64,000 nucleotides of DNA from Longimicrobiales bacterium (lineage in GTDB: Bacteria; Gemmatimonadota; Gemmatimonadetes; Longimicrobiales; Gaopeijiaceae), in contig CBDCNQ010000004.1 in assembly GCA_965219445.1 (NCBI GenBank), positions 1,152,001 to 1,216,000 of the forward strand. Direction: 5' to 3'. The notes below the pieces were generated by a model, which was not told the DNA's origin, made no database searches, and saw nothing but the letters and a program-made list of their open reading frames with translations. The position numbers and the translations under genes were made by a program. Below are positions 29,459 through 40,119 of this stretch, piece after piece (position 1 is the stretch's first letter; each line of letters begins with the position of its first letter).

Positions 29459-30546
29459 TGCGCCAGCCAGGCGCTGAACCGCTCGTTCATCTCGTCCATG
29501 TGGTCGCTCCACCACAGCCAGTCGCTCTGTAGAACTCGCGCCATGTTATCCGGGTGCGTCGGCATGTGGGGATTCATGTCGACGCCGGTCTCGACGTGCG
29601 TCCCCACGAGCGGCAGACCCGACCGTCGGGCGGGGCTGTAGGCGATGTGGCCGCCGACGGCGGCCATCGACTCCGCGGTGGTGGCAAAGCGGACCAACTC
29701 GAGCGCGGCCTCGAGGTTCCTGGTGCCGGCGACGATGCCCAGCTGGCCCGTATCGAGCACCTGGCCGTCCCAGACAATCACAAAGGGCTGGCTCTCGAGC
29801 ACCTGGGCGTTGAAGATGCGGCCGTTGTAGGCCGTCGTCATCGCCACCTCGCCGTCGGCGAGCATCTGCGGCGGCTGCGCCCCGGCCTCCCACCACACCA
29901 CCTCATCCTTGATGGTGCCGAGCTTGCCCAAGGCCCGCTCCACCCCCTCGGGCGTGTCGAGCACGGCGTATACCTCTTCGAGGGGCACGCCGTCAGCCAT
30001 CAGCGCGAACTCCAGATTGACGAGAGGGGTGCGGCGCATCCCGCGGCGGCCGGGAAAGCGCTCCAGATCGAAGAAGTCCTCGATCGTCCGGGGCTTCTCG
30101 CCCGGCGTACGCGCGTCGTTGTAGGCGTAGACGGTGGAATAGAGCACCATGCCCACGCTGCATTCCAAGAGCGTCTCGGGAAGGAAGTCGTCCGTGGCCG
30201 GCGTGCCGTCGGGAGCGGGCGGGAGCTGGGCGGCGTCGATCCCCTCGAGCAGGCCCTCGTCGCAGCCGCTGACCGCGTCGGCAATTTCAAGGTCGACGAC
30301 GTCCCAGTGCACGTTGCCCGACTCCACCTGGGCGCGCACCTGGGCCAGGCCGCCGTTGTAGTCCTCCAGGCGCACCTCGATTCCGGTCTCGGCCATGAAG
30401 GGCTCGAGGTAGCCCTTCCTGATGGCCTCGCCGTAGGAGCCGCCCCAGGAAACGACGGTCAGCGAGTCCGCGGGCTCGCCGCCGCAGCCCAGGGCCAGGG
30501 CCGCGATGGCGGCCGCACCGATGGTCCATCCGTGTTTGCCTGTCAT
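29455..30546 (-). CDS. Polyamine-type ABC substrate-binding lipoprotein (PotD-like)
   Basis: Lipobox LGC, VSWGGSY, WDVVD, FPGRRG. Confidence 0.88.
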   Translation of the reverse strand: MTGKHGWTIGAAAIAALALGCGGEPADSLTVVSWGGSYGEAIRKGYLEPFMAETGIEVRLEDYNGGLAQVRAQVESGNVHWDVVDLEIADAVSGCDEGLLEGIDAAQLPPAPDGTPATDDFLPETLLECSVGMVLYSTVYAYNDARTPGEKPRTIEDFFDLERFPGRRGMRRTPLVNLEFALMADGVPLEEVYAVLDTPEGVERALGKLGTIKDEVVWWEAGAQPPQMLADGEVAMTTAYNGRIFNAQVLESQPFVIVWDGQVLDTGQLGIVAGTRNLEAALELVRFATTAESMAAVGGHIAYSPARRSGLPLVGTHVETGVDMNPHMPTHPDNMARVLQSDWLWWSDHMDEMNERFSAWLAQ

Positions 30547-31667
30547 GGCGTGTCCTCCTCGTCTTCGGGGTCGAGCACCCTGCAGTCGGTCGGGGTCCAG
30601 CCGATGCGGACGCGGTCGCCTTCCAGAACGGCGCCGTGGCCGACCATGTTGGGAATCTTGACGATGAAGTCCGAGTGGCCGCAGACATCGACTCTCAAGC
30701 GAAGATGGTCGCCCAGAAACGTGATGTCCTCGAGGCGGGCGTCGAACTCGTTGGTGTAGAGGCCCGGCGTCGGCGCGATGGCGACCCGCTCGGGCCGGAT
30801 CGAGATCGTCGTGCGGTCGCCGGGCCCGCATTCGGCGACGCGGAACGCCTGGACGAGCTGGCCGCCGACGTCGACGTCGCATATCGCGTCCCGGACGGCG
30901 ACAACCGTGCCGGCCAGGCGGTTGTTCTCGCCGATGAAGCGAGCGACGAATGAGCGCTCCGGCTCCTCGTAGAGCGTTTCGGGCGAGGCGGCCTGCTCGA
31001 TGCGGCCGGCGCGGAAGACCGCGACCCGGTCCGACATGACCATCGCCTCGTTCTGGTCGTGCGTGACGTAGAGGACCGTGACGCCCAGGTCGGCGTGGAT
31101 GCGGCGGATCTCGTACTGCAGCTCCTCCCTTAGCCGCCGGTCGAGTGCGCCGAGCGGCTCGTCCATCAGCACGAGCTCGGGCTCGAACACCAGCGCTCGG
31201 GCAATGGCCACCCTCTGCTGCTGGCCACCCGAGAGCTGGCTCGGCCGCCGGTGCTCGAGCCCCTCGAGCCGCACCAGCTCCAGGGCGCGGCCGACCCGCT
31301 CGCGGCGAGCCGCAGGATCGAGCCCGCGCACCTCGAGCGGGAACGACAGGTTCCCGCCCACGGTCATGTGAGGAAACAGCGCGTAGTTCTGGAACACCAT
31401 GCCGATGCCCCGGCGCCGGGGTGCCACCTCGTTCATGGCCCGGCCGTCGATGCGGATCGTGCCCGAGGTAGGCTCCTCGAACCCGGCGAGCATCATCAGG
31501 CAAGTCGTCTTGCCCGACCCCGAGGGGCCGAGCAGCGTGAGGAACTCGCCCTTTTGGACCGTCAGGTCGAGGTCGCTTACGACCTCGGTCCGCCCGTTGA
31601 AGCTCTTGGTGACACGTTCGAACTCGACATGGTCAGGACCGTCGGGCGGCTGGCGTCTTGGCCGCAT
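30543..31667 (-). CDS. Polyamine-type ABC ATPase (PotA-like)
   Basis: GPSGSGKT, LSGGQQQ, MDEP, TOBE-like C-terminus. Confidence 0.92.
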   Translation of the reverse strand: MRPRRQPPDGPDHVEFERVTKSFNGRTEVVSDLDLTVQKGEFLTLLGPSGSGKTTCLMMLAGFEEPTSGTIRIDGRAMNEVAPRRRGIGMVFQNYALFPHMTVGGNLSFPLEVRGLDPAARRERVGRALELVRLEGLEHRRPSQLSGGQQQRVAIARALVFEPELVLMDEPLGALDRRLREELQYEIRRIHADLGVTVLYVTHDQNEAMVMSDRVAVFRAGRIEQAASPETLYEEPERSFVARFIGENNRLAGTVVAVRDAICDVDVGGQLVQAFRVAECGPGDRTTISIRPERVAIAPTPGLYTNEFDARLEDITFLGDHLRLRVDVCGHSDFIVKIPNMVGHGAVLEGDRVRIGWTPTDCRVLDPEDEEDTP

Positions 31668-31810
31668 CCTGCGGGTTCCCTCCCGCAGCTCACTACTTAG
31701 AGTCGTCCCACCCTGAGTTGTCCCACCTTCGCGCCGCTCTCGCACAACGGTGCCCTTTATCCTTTAGATCCCGGGTCCCGGGGGCGGACTCACCCTCGGG
31801 TCGACGGTCG

Positions 31811-32560
31811 TCAATCTTCGAGTTCTTCGAAGGTCAGATTGAGGATCGGATAGTCGGACCAGGCCCGGTAGTCGAAGTGCCACCACTCGTAAGGATAGAT
31901 CGTGAATCCCTGCTTCTCCATCGCCGTTCTGAGCCGGTTCCTGCTCTCCCGCTCCCGCACGCTCAGGCCCGGATAGTCGGGATAGGAGCGTTCGGTGAAC
32001 TCATCGTAGCCGCTTCCCATCTCCACGTGCCGGCCCGACCCCAGGTCGTAGAGCGTCAGATCCACGGCCGCCCCGCGGTTGTGCCGCGATCCAGAAGCCG
32101 GATCGGCCACGAAGTCCCGGAGATCCTCGGGCGTCCCCTCCCAGAACATCCAGGTGACGTACCACGGACGATAAGCATCGAAGATGAGCAGGCCAAAGCC
32201 TTGCTCCCCGAGTTCCCGATGGGCTGCTAGCAGAGCCTCGGCCGCCGGCCGCTGGAGGTAGGCCTTGGCCTGCCGGTACAGGGCCGCGCCCATGAAGTTG
32301 TTGGTTCCCGCGTAGCGGACGTCGAACCGCAGGTCCGGATCTAGGAGCGCGAGGTCGACCAGATCGGGCGCGAGCTTCTCTCCATCTTCCACGGGCGGAG
32401 TGGCGGCCAGCGCCTCGGCTTCCAGCTCCTCGACCGGCCGCTGGAGCTCGACGCGGAACGAGCCGGCGTCGCCGGGGCGGTCGCACGCAAGGATAAGGAC
32501 GGAGAGGGGGAGCAGCAGGGCTCGAGCGACTTGACGGGGAATCAAGGAGGGTCGGGCCAT
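31811..32560 (-). CDS. D-Ala-D-Ala dipeptidase, M15 (VanX/DdpX-like) lipoprotein
   Basis: DAYRP, SRHNRGAAVD, EWWH. Confidence 0.9.
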   Translation of the reverse strand: MARPSLIPRQVARALLLPLSVLILACDRPGDAGSFRVELQRPVEELEAEALAATPPVEDGEKLAPDLVDLALLDPDLRFDVRYAGTNNFMGAALYRQAKAYLQRPAAEALLAAHRELGEQGFGLLIFDAYRPWYVTWMFWEGTPEDLRDFVADPASGSRHNRGAAVDLTLYDLGSGRHVEMGSGYDEFTERSYPDYPGLSVRERESRNRLRTAMEKQGFTIYPYEWWHFDYRAWSDYPILNLTFEELED

Positions 32561-32916
32561 GTTCCGTTCGCGCGCGTTTGAGAGATCCGGGCAGCGGGCA
32601 AGACCCCGAGGCGGTCCTCGGGCCGGCGCCTGAAACCTAATCATCCACCGGCAAAATCCGAGGGGGCCGGCGGCCGGGCCGCTTTCGTTCGGGGGGCGCC
32701 CAGCCGGAAGGCGGACGGGCGTTCGCCTTCCTTCCGGCAATCGCGTCGTCTTCCGCCGGGGGCGGCGCGACGCCGAAGCGGCCCCGGGAGTGCGCAGGGC
32801 GGGGCACGGAGCCTCAGGGGCCACCTCGCCCGTGGAACCGGGGCCGCCCGAATCGGCCAAAGTGACAGGTACAGATGTCTACACCGATCTGGGGAGGCCA
32901 TTAAGTCATTGTGGAG

Positions 32917-33956
32917 GAGGTTGGGTCAATAGGTGTGTAAACGTATCAGGCGGCGTTTTTCCGCTGTTGGGTTGAGACGGGCTTTCCGTCTTCGAACTTT
33001 CTTCCTTCAAATACGTCCTTGAGGAGGTGAGGAGCGTCGAGCCTTCTGAAGCGCTTCTCCGCCACCAAGAGCAGCTTCCAGATCAGCGCCGTAGCGCTCT
33101 CGACCCGCTTGAAGCGCTTCGCCGCCGTTGTCCTGAGCCGTACTGCGGCAAAGGGGCTCTCGACCACGTTCGTCGTGCGTAGATGCTTCCAGTGGTCCTC
33201 GGGGAAGTCGTAGAACGCCACCATCCGCTCCCAGTCGTCCTCGAGTACATCCACCGCCTTCGGATACCACGGTCTGTAGCGCCTGGCGAACGCCTCACGG
33301 GCCTTCAGCGCCTCGGACCGCCTCGGTGCGTAGACCACGGTCCTGAGAAGGTCCTTCGCCTCGCTCTGCTCCCGCTGAGGCAGCCGGTCCAGCACGTTCC
33401 TCATCTTGTGGTTCCACCACCACCAGCGCCGCCTTGTCCCGCTCGAGCCCTGCCTTCACGTAGATCCCGTCCGCCCATACGTAGACGACCTCACGGCCCT
33501 CCAGGCGACGCTGGCTCCATTTCTCGAACTCCCTTGTCCATCCCGCCCGCAGTCTCCGAATCGAAGACTTCGACAGCGGTGCCCCCTCGCCTAGCAGTCC
33601 CCGCATCGCCAGCTCGAAGTCTCCCTCTGCCAGTCCGTGCAGATACAGCTGGGGAAGCAGAGCGCCCAGCTCCTTCGTCCGCCTCGCGAACAACGGCAGC
33701 ACCCGACTCTCGAACCGCTCCTCGACGCCCCGAACCCGAGGGCGTCGGAGTGTGATCGTGCCCGAGCTCATCGCCAACCGCCTCGGCTTGCCATATCCGT
33801 TGCGGTAGCCCTCGGCCGAGTCCACCGTACTCCTGCGCTCTGACTTCTCCCGGCCTAACCACTCCGTGACTTCCTCCTCCATGATCTGTTGGATGAACTC
33901 CTGCGCCTTCTCCCTAACCATCCCCTCGAGCGTCTCCCACATCGGCGTGCTGGACG
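32917..33956 (-). mobile_element. Defective IS256 copy (internal deletion, IRL lost)
   Basis: Same IRR as 16400; 3' part nearly identical to copy 1, about 200 bp missing at 33418, 5' part divergent. Confidence 0.9.
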
Positions 33957-35242
33957 TGACCAGCCCCCAAGAGTGGTACCATCTACTGTGTTAAGTCCGA
34001 CCGCCTCCTGGAGCCTGGGGAGAGGGCCTCGGAGTCTGGGGAGATTGAGGAAGGCCGGCTCAGGCCGGATCGCCTCCGGGGCCGGCGGCTGATAGGCCAG
34101 AGAGCTATGCGGTCAGATGGTGTTGTACTCCCGCCGCCACTGCTTGATGAGCACCTGTGCCTCCTCCAGAGAACAGAAGATCTCGCGCTTCAGCACCTCG
34201 TCGCCGAGCGTTCCGTTGAAGCTCTCGTTGTAGCCATTCTCCCACTCGGGCTACCCGGCTCGACGAACAGCGTCTTCACGCCCAGCTGGCCTCAGCCACT
34301 CGCGCACCGCCGTTGCCGTGAACTCGGGGCCGTTGTCGGAGCGGATGTTAGCCGGTGGACCGTGCTCGGCAAAGAGTTCACTCAGCGTCTCCAGGACATC
34401 GTCGGACTGAAGCCTGCGAGCCACCACAATCGCCAAGCACTCCGCGGCTGTACTCATCGAGCACCGTCAGCATCTTCAGCCGCCGACCGTCGTGGGTCCG
34501 GTCCGCCACGAAGTCATAGGCCCAGACGTGGTGCCGGTACAAGGGCCGGAGCCGGATGCAGGAGCCGTCCGTCAACCACAAACGCCCCCGCCTGGGCTGC
34601 TTCTTCGGCACCTTCAGCCCCTCCTGCCTCCAGATCCGCTCCACCCGCTTGTGGTTCACCACCCAACCCTTCGTCCTCCAGCATCCCCGTCACCATCCGG
34701 TACCCGTAGCGTCCAAACCTGCGGGCTACTTTCACCACGTCCTCCCTCAGCGCCTCTTCGTCCGCACTTCTGTTGCTCCTGCGGCGCTGCGTCGTGCGGG
34801 CCTGGCCCAAGACCCTGCACGCTCTCCTCTCGCTCACCCCGAACCGCTGACGAACTTCTGCCACGCACCGCCTCCGCCGCTCGGGGCTCAAAAGTTTCCC
34901 TTGGACGCCTCCTTCAGGATCAGATTGTCCAGGGTTAAATCGGCCACCGCTCGCTTCAAGAGCTGGGTCTCCTTCTCGAGCTCCTTCAGCCGCCTCGCCT
35001 GGCTCGTCTTCATCCCTCCGTACTCCCGCCGCCACCGGTAGTAGGTCTGCTCGCTCACGCCCAGCTCCCGGCACACCTCCTTGATCCTCTTCCCGTTCGC
35101 AATCCCGACTTCGGCCTTCCGGAGAGCGTTGATGATCTGTCCCGCAGACATCCTCTTCCGCGCTGCCATGTTGACCTCCTCCTGGTCCCGACCGGCCCAA
35201 ATCCTAGCACTGGACCTGGCCTCGTTTCAGGGGGTCAGGTCA
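33957..35242 (-). mobile_element. IS3-family element (IS407-like) with frameshifted orfB
   Basis: TGACC..CCCCC IRs; orfA 34888-35169 with GGGAAAC slip site; orfB WAYDF, DNGPEF split over several frames. Confidence 0.88.
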
Positions 35243-35667
35243 CAGTGATCTGAGACGAAAACCATCTGAACAGTTCATAATGAGAGAGGGCAGGGGCCAT
35301 CGACAACCGCCCTCCGGCAAGCTTCGCTCCTTCGCCGTTTGCCGCAGCTTCCCAATCTTCTTCATCTTCTCGGCACGAGCCGCCGTGTCCGTGCCGGTCA
35401 GTTCGCGATGGCGGCCCGGTAGGCGGCGGGGTCATCGCACCGGTCACGCCGTCGAGAGTGAGCCGGATACTCTACGGAGCAATGGACCCTTCGGCCCCTC
35501 GCCTTGGGACTTAGGCTGATCGCTCGAACTTGTCCGCGGTCGCCTGCGGCCCCGCAGAAACCCAACGGGTAACACGACTTACGACCTTCGGACACACCAT
35601 GTGATACACGTCTCTCACAAGGTGTTGCCAAATCTTTGTCCCATAGAGACTTGCGAAGACTGATCCC

Positions 35668-36138
35668 GGCTTCCCGCTCAAACTGCCGGTCGCGCTCGAA
35701 GCGGAGCGCGCCGTGTTCGTCTACGTCGATCCCGGACACGATACCGCGACCGCGCTCCGCTCCTGGGCCGTGGCACATCGCGGCCTCTGGCGCGCGCTCA
35801 GCGAGCCCGGCCGGTCCGTCGAGGTCGTGGCCGTCGTCCGCACCGTGAGGGAGCTGCAGCGGGCCCTGACGATCCTCGAGAACTGGACCAACACATCTAC
35901 AGCATCCGGCCCCTCCGCTGTTCCGGAACCCGACAGTGCGGCCCGCCGCGAGATCGCCCGAATCGAGCAGGCCATCCGCGCCAAGGATGAGCGGGTGCTC
36001 AAAGAGTATGGCGACCTGCAGGTCTGCCTCAAGCGGATCGTCGAGCTGAACGACCTCCACCGATCCTCGACTCCCGGAACGATGATCCACGGCTTCGCGA
36101 CATGGCGCTCGAGACGGCTCCCTGGAGGCCGATTTTGA
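35668..36138 (+). pseudogene. C-terminal fragment of an ICE/plasmid-type hypothetical protein
   Basis: FPLKLPVALEAERAVFVYVDPG with no proper start; next to the integrase. Confidence 0.4.
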
Positions 36139-36558
36139 ACGCGGATCGGCGAGGGTCGTTGCTGATCGGCGCGCGCACATCAGACATCGGGGTGCATGTG
36201 CACCGAAACGCCATTTTCATGTGCGCGCCAGCGCTCCCTTATGTGCCTGGCTGTCTTGCAGTTGCGGCACGGCCGCCGGAGCTGCGACGCCGCTCCGGAG
36301 CTTTCGGCCGAAGAAGGGAGCGACCCCCCTGTTTCGATGCCTGGTACGGCATCGGGGAGGGTGGACATGTGCACGCACCTGCCACCCTCCCCGGCGGGTC
36401 GCTCCCGGTCCAATGATCCCTCCGGGAAGGGTATTCAACGCCGCTGTTAGGCGGCGGATCGCCAGTTCGCCAGCCGTCCAGCCGGTGTGTGTGTCTGCGC
36501 CACCGCCCAAGGGACCGGGCGCGGTGCCGCGGACAGCGCCCACCGTGGGAGGTGCTGC

Positions 36559-37842
36559 TCAGCTACCGGGAACGGCGAGCCCCGAGTTGGCGCTCCAGAT
36601 CCCCAGCGCCGTCGGTATGTAGATGGCCCCGGTTCCGTGAGTCGCCTCGATCTCTTCCCCCGCCCTGAGCCGGTCCAGATAGTCGGCCCAAGCCTGCATC
36701 ATCACGCGGCGCTCGGGCAGGAACGCCGTCCGGTTGTAGGCCCGGCCGTTGGGATCCCTGACCCGGTGGGCCAACTGGTGCTCGATGAAGTCGGGCCGAA
36801 AGCCCAGCACCTCGTCCAAGATGGTGCGCGCCATCGCACGGAAGCCGTGCGGCGTCATCCGTTCCCGCGGGATGTCCAAGGCCCGGAACGCTCCCCACAG
36901 CGTGGCGTCGCTCATCATCCGCTCCCGCTGCGGATAGCGCGCGTTCGGGAAGACGTAGCGGTGGTGCCCCGTCAGGGGATGCAGCTCGCGAAGGATCTCG
37001 ACCGCCTGACGCGCCAGTGGGACCACGTGCGGCGTGTCGGTCTTCGTCACCGTGTAGCGCCATTCTCCCCCGTCGAGGTCGATGCCGCCCCACTCGGCCT
37101 TGCGCAACTCGCCGGGCCGCACGAAGAGCAGTGGTGCCAGACCGAGCGCGCACCGCACCGGCAACGTGCCCGTGTAGCCGTCGAGGAGACGGAGAAGCGG
37201 GCCGACCTCCTTCGGATCGGTGATCGCCGCGAAGTGCCTCCGCTTCACCGGGGGGAATGCCCCGCGCAGGTCCCACGACACGTCCCGCTCGGCCCGGCCC
37301 GTCGCCACCGCGTAGCGCAGGATCCGCCCACAGAGCTGAAGCGTGCGATGCGCCATGTCCAGGTGGCCGCGTTCCTCGATGCGGCGCAGCGCGGCCAGCA
37401 GCTCCGGCGCCGTGAGTTCCGCGACCGGATTCGCTCCGATCCACGGGAACACATCCTTTCCCAGATCGCATTCGATCCGCCAGACGTAGCGGGCGGACCA
37501 ATTGGGCGAATGCTTCGCGAGCCATTCCGTGGCCACGGCCTCGAAGCTGTTGCTGGCCCACTGCCGCTTCGACTGCTTGCGTGCCTTCCGGTAGGCGCTC
37601 GGGTCGATCTCCCGGGCCAGAAGCTTGCGGGCCTCGTCCCTCCGCTCCCGCGCGAGCTTCAGCGAGACCTCGGGATAGATGCCCATGGAGATCCGCTTCT
37701 CCTTCTCGGCGAAGCGGTACTTGAAGCGCCAGGCCTTGGTGCCGCGCGGGGCGATCTCGAGGTACAGGCCGCGGCTGTCGTAGATCTTGCGCGGCTTCTC
37801 GCGGGGCTTGGCCTTCCGGATGGCCGTGTCGGTCAGTGGCAT
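36559..37842 (-). CDS. P4-like tyrosine integrase
   Basis: Arm-binding N-domain (GLYL..WRFKYR..YPEVSL), RPGE, HGFR, LAH, AYNR. Confidence 0.95.
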   Translation of the reverse strand: MPLTDTAIRKAKPREKPRKIYDSRGLYLEIAPRGTKAWRFKYRFAEKEKRISMGIYPEVSLKLARERRDEARKLLAREIDPSAYRKARKQSKRQWASNSFEAVATEWLAKHSPNWSARYVWRIECDLGKDVFPWIGANPVAELTAPELLAALRRIEERGHLDMAHRTLQLCGRILRYAVATGRAERDVSWDLRGAFPPVKRRHFAAITDPKEVGPLLRLLDGYTGTLPVRCALGLAPLLFVRPGELRKAEWGGIDLDGGEWRYTVTKTDTPHVVPLARQAVEILRELHPLTGHHRYVFPNARYPQRERMMSDATLWGAFRALDIPRERMTPHGFRAMARTILDEVLGFRPDFIEHQLAHRVRDPNGRAYNRTAFLPERRVMMQAWADYLDRLRAGEEIEATHGTGAIYIPTALGIWSANSGLAVPGS

Positions 37843-38215
37843 GTTGGGGCACCGTGTGAGGGATACGGTAGTCTGCCCCGAAATAGTGCCCCATAAAACT
37901 ACCGGCTGTCAAGGGGTGTAACGGGGTCTCTCTGGAGTATGGAAATCTCCTAACTCTTTGTATATCAGGTGTTATTGGGCTTTTATGGAGCGCTACTGAA
38001 CGTCAATAGATGCGTCGATCCCTCCCAGTCATCCTCGTCCGACTTCCCCGTCCGTCCTCGGTGACTGACGGACATGCTCCGAGCCACGGTAAAGAGCCCT
38101 GGCTCGGCTCCTCAGTTCCTTGCGCTACCGGGTGAGATGGCGTTAGGGGGGAAAACGTTAAGTCGGGCTGCTCTTGAAGGCTCGTCCAACCAAGCTAGTG
38201 GCCGCGAGAGAACAA

Positions 38216-38255
38216 ACGGCCACCCCCATCGTTCGAAGGTGGCCGTCTTGTTGTT
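38216..38255 (+). terminator. Hairpin, possible intrinsic terminator
   Basis: ACGGCCACC / GGTGGCCGT stem then T-rich tail. Confidence 0.4.
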
Positions 38256-38446
38256 CGATCTAAGAATTCTTCAACGACCGAGTCGCAACTATTCATTAGA
38301 TCCGCCCTCGCAATTTTTCGCAGTTTTCAGTTTTCGAGTGGGACGGTCTGGAGAAGGTCGCTCGCCTTGCAGGTCACGCCTCGTGTCGGCATCCTGAAGC
38401 GCAGCAGAATCGCAGAACCGTTAGACGGACGGGAAAGAACACCGGA

Positions 38447-38998
38447 ATGCTGATTACACTAGGTGGGGCTTCCCGTAGCGGGAAGGGCATCATCTCCAGC
38501 GCGTTGGTCCGAAAGACTGCGATCCCACTCCTGCCGCTCGATGTGCTGAAAATGGGACTGCACCATGCGGTCCCGTCCGTTGGTGTTGACCCATCCGCTC
38601 CCTCGGTTGAGGTCGCAGAAAAGATGTGGCCGCTTGTAAGGGCGATGGCCGAGAATGCGCTCGAGTCCAACGTTGACTGCATCTTCGAGGGTGACATGAT
38701 CGTGCCAAAACACGCCGCGGAGCTCCGGGGTCTCGCCGGTGATGACGCGCGTGCTTGCTTCGTGGGCTACGTGGATATTAAGCCAGAGCAGAAGCTGGCA
38801 GAGATCCGCCGACATTCTGGAGGCCCGAACGACTGGTTGAACGAGCATACCGATGAAGAAGTAATGGATCTGGTCGAGGAGAGCATCCGATTCAGTCGAT
38901 ATCTCTCAGAGGAGTGCGACCGTCTGGGGTTCAGGTATTTCGACTGCTCGACCGATTTCGAGGGGACGGTTGACGCAGTTGTGAGCTACCTCATGTAG
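38447..38998 (+). CDS. Small P-loop kinase-like protein
   Basis: N-terminal GGASRSGK and IFEGD. Confidence 0.75.
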   Translation: MLITLGGASRSGKGIISSALVRKTAIPLLPLDVLKMGLHHAVPSVGVDPSAPSVEVAEKMWPLVRAMAENALESNVDCIFEGDMIVPKHAAELRGLAGDDARACFVGYVDIKPEQKLAEIRRHSGGPNDWLNEHTDEEVMDLVEESIRFSRYLSEECDRLGFRYFDCSTDFEGTVDAVVSYLM

Positions 38999-39152
38999 CC
39001 CGTCCAAGCCACGAGAGCACTCCAGCCTAGCCCGGATACCGAATAAACACCGAAGAAGCTTAGAACGCGAATACAGGCTTCTGAGAGGCTTCTGCTTGCG
39101 CCTACCGGCCCGCTCTCGGATGTTGAACGCAGTCTGATCCCGGAGTGCGCTC

Positions 39153-39254
39153 ATGTCCGACGCAGTCGCTCGCCTGAACGCAGCCCTCGCAGGTCGCTAC
39201 GCCATCGAGCGTGAGTTGGGTGAAGGCGGGATGGCGACCGCCCCTCGCACGTGA
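39153..39254 (+). pseudogene. Ser/Thr kinase 5' stub 1
   Basis: MSDAVARLNAALAGRYAIERELGEGGMAT then stop. Confidence 0.85.
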
Positions 39255-39377
39255 CCGTTCGACGCAACGACAGTGATCGTCACGTCAGGATCAAGATCGA
39301 TCTCGTCCCCCGGCATTAGCCGGATCTCGTTCTCTGCGACGCCATCGTATCGAATGATCTGCGCCTGGGTGACCTTG

Positions 39378-40046
39378 CTACGACTTCATGCGGAACCGGT
39401 CTTCCATGTAGCGCGCGACGACTTCTCTCGATCCGAGACCGACGGCGAGGGCTCCCGCAAGGCACGCAGCGCCGAACAGAATCAAGAAACCGTTTGCTAC
39501 GATATCCTCGCCGATTCGTAGCTGGTTGAGGGCAATCGCAAAGGTAAAGATGATCAGTGCGTATCGCGCCACCACCGCGACCACTTCCGCCTCAGCAATA
39601 CCAGCGTTGGCCGCCGCCGTTCGCACTAGGCCGGCCACGAAATTCGCCGCGTAGAGCCCCACGACGAGCACTATAACCGCCACGATGATATTGGGGATAT
39701 AGAGGAGAATTTCATTGAGCAGCTGCGACGCCATTTCCAGTCGCAGGGCGTTGACGGTGGTCAACAGCACCATCAACATGACGAGCCAATACACCAGTAC
39801 GGCGACCAAGTCTGTCGATGATTGCTTCACGCCGCCCGTCTGTAAGAAACCATCGATTCCTGCCTTTTCCGCGATGGTAGGGAATTTTATCAGCTGCAGA
39901 CCACGACGGACGGCGCCTCGGAAAACTCGAGCGAACAGCCAGCCAATGATGAGGATGAGGATCGCCGCCAGGATGTTCGGCAAGAAATCCCCGACGCCTT
40001 CAAGAAATGCCGCGACCGAATCACGGATGATTTCTTGGATTTGCAT
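39378..40046 (-). CDS. TM-helix-repeat membrane protein (MscS N-terminal/CmpX-like)
   Basis: Repeated LPNILAA / IPNIIVA helices, AVGLGS. Confidence 0.8.
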   Translation of the reverse strand: MQIQEIIRDSVAAFLEGVGDFLPNILAAILILIIGWLFARVFRGAVRRGLQLIKFPTIAEKAGIDGFLQTGGVKQSSTDLVAVLVYWLVMLMVLLTTVNALRLEMASQLLNEILLYIPNIIVAVIVLVVGLYAANFVAGLVRTAAANAGIAEAEVVAVVARYALIIFTFAIALNQLRIGEDIVANGFLILFGAACLAGALAVGLGSREVVARYMEDRFRMKS

Positions 40047-40119
40047 GTCAACCTCCCGGAAAGAGTGTGTTCATCTGCGGCGGCGCCTGTCCGTTTCCCG
40101 TCAACCTGACAGTGCCACG

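Noticed and set aside
31811..32560. Vancomycin resistance cluster
   Set aside because: No vanH/vanA/vanRS; a lone M15 dipeptidase
32690..32740. Riboswitch upstream of the dipeptidase
   Set aside because: GC-rich hairpin only; no recognisable aptamer consensus
16400..33956. Active IS256 composite transposon
   Set aside because: One IRL is interrupted, the other is deleted, and no shared flanking duplication is seen
38005..38040. dusA- or tRNA-type att core next to the P4-like integrase
   Set aside because: Resemblance is superficial; no partner copy found in the window
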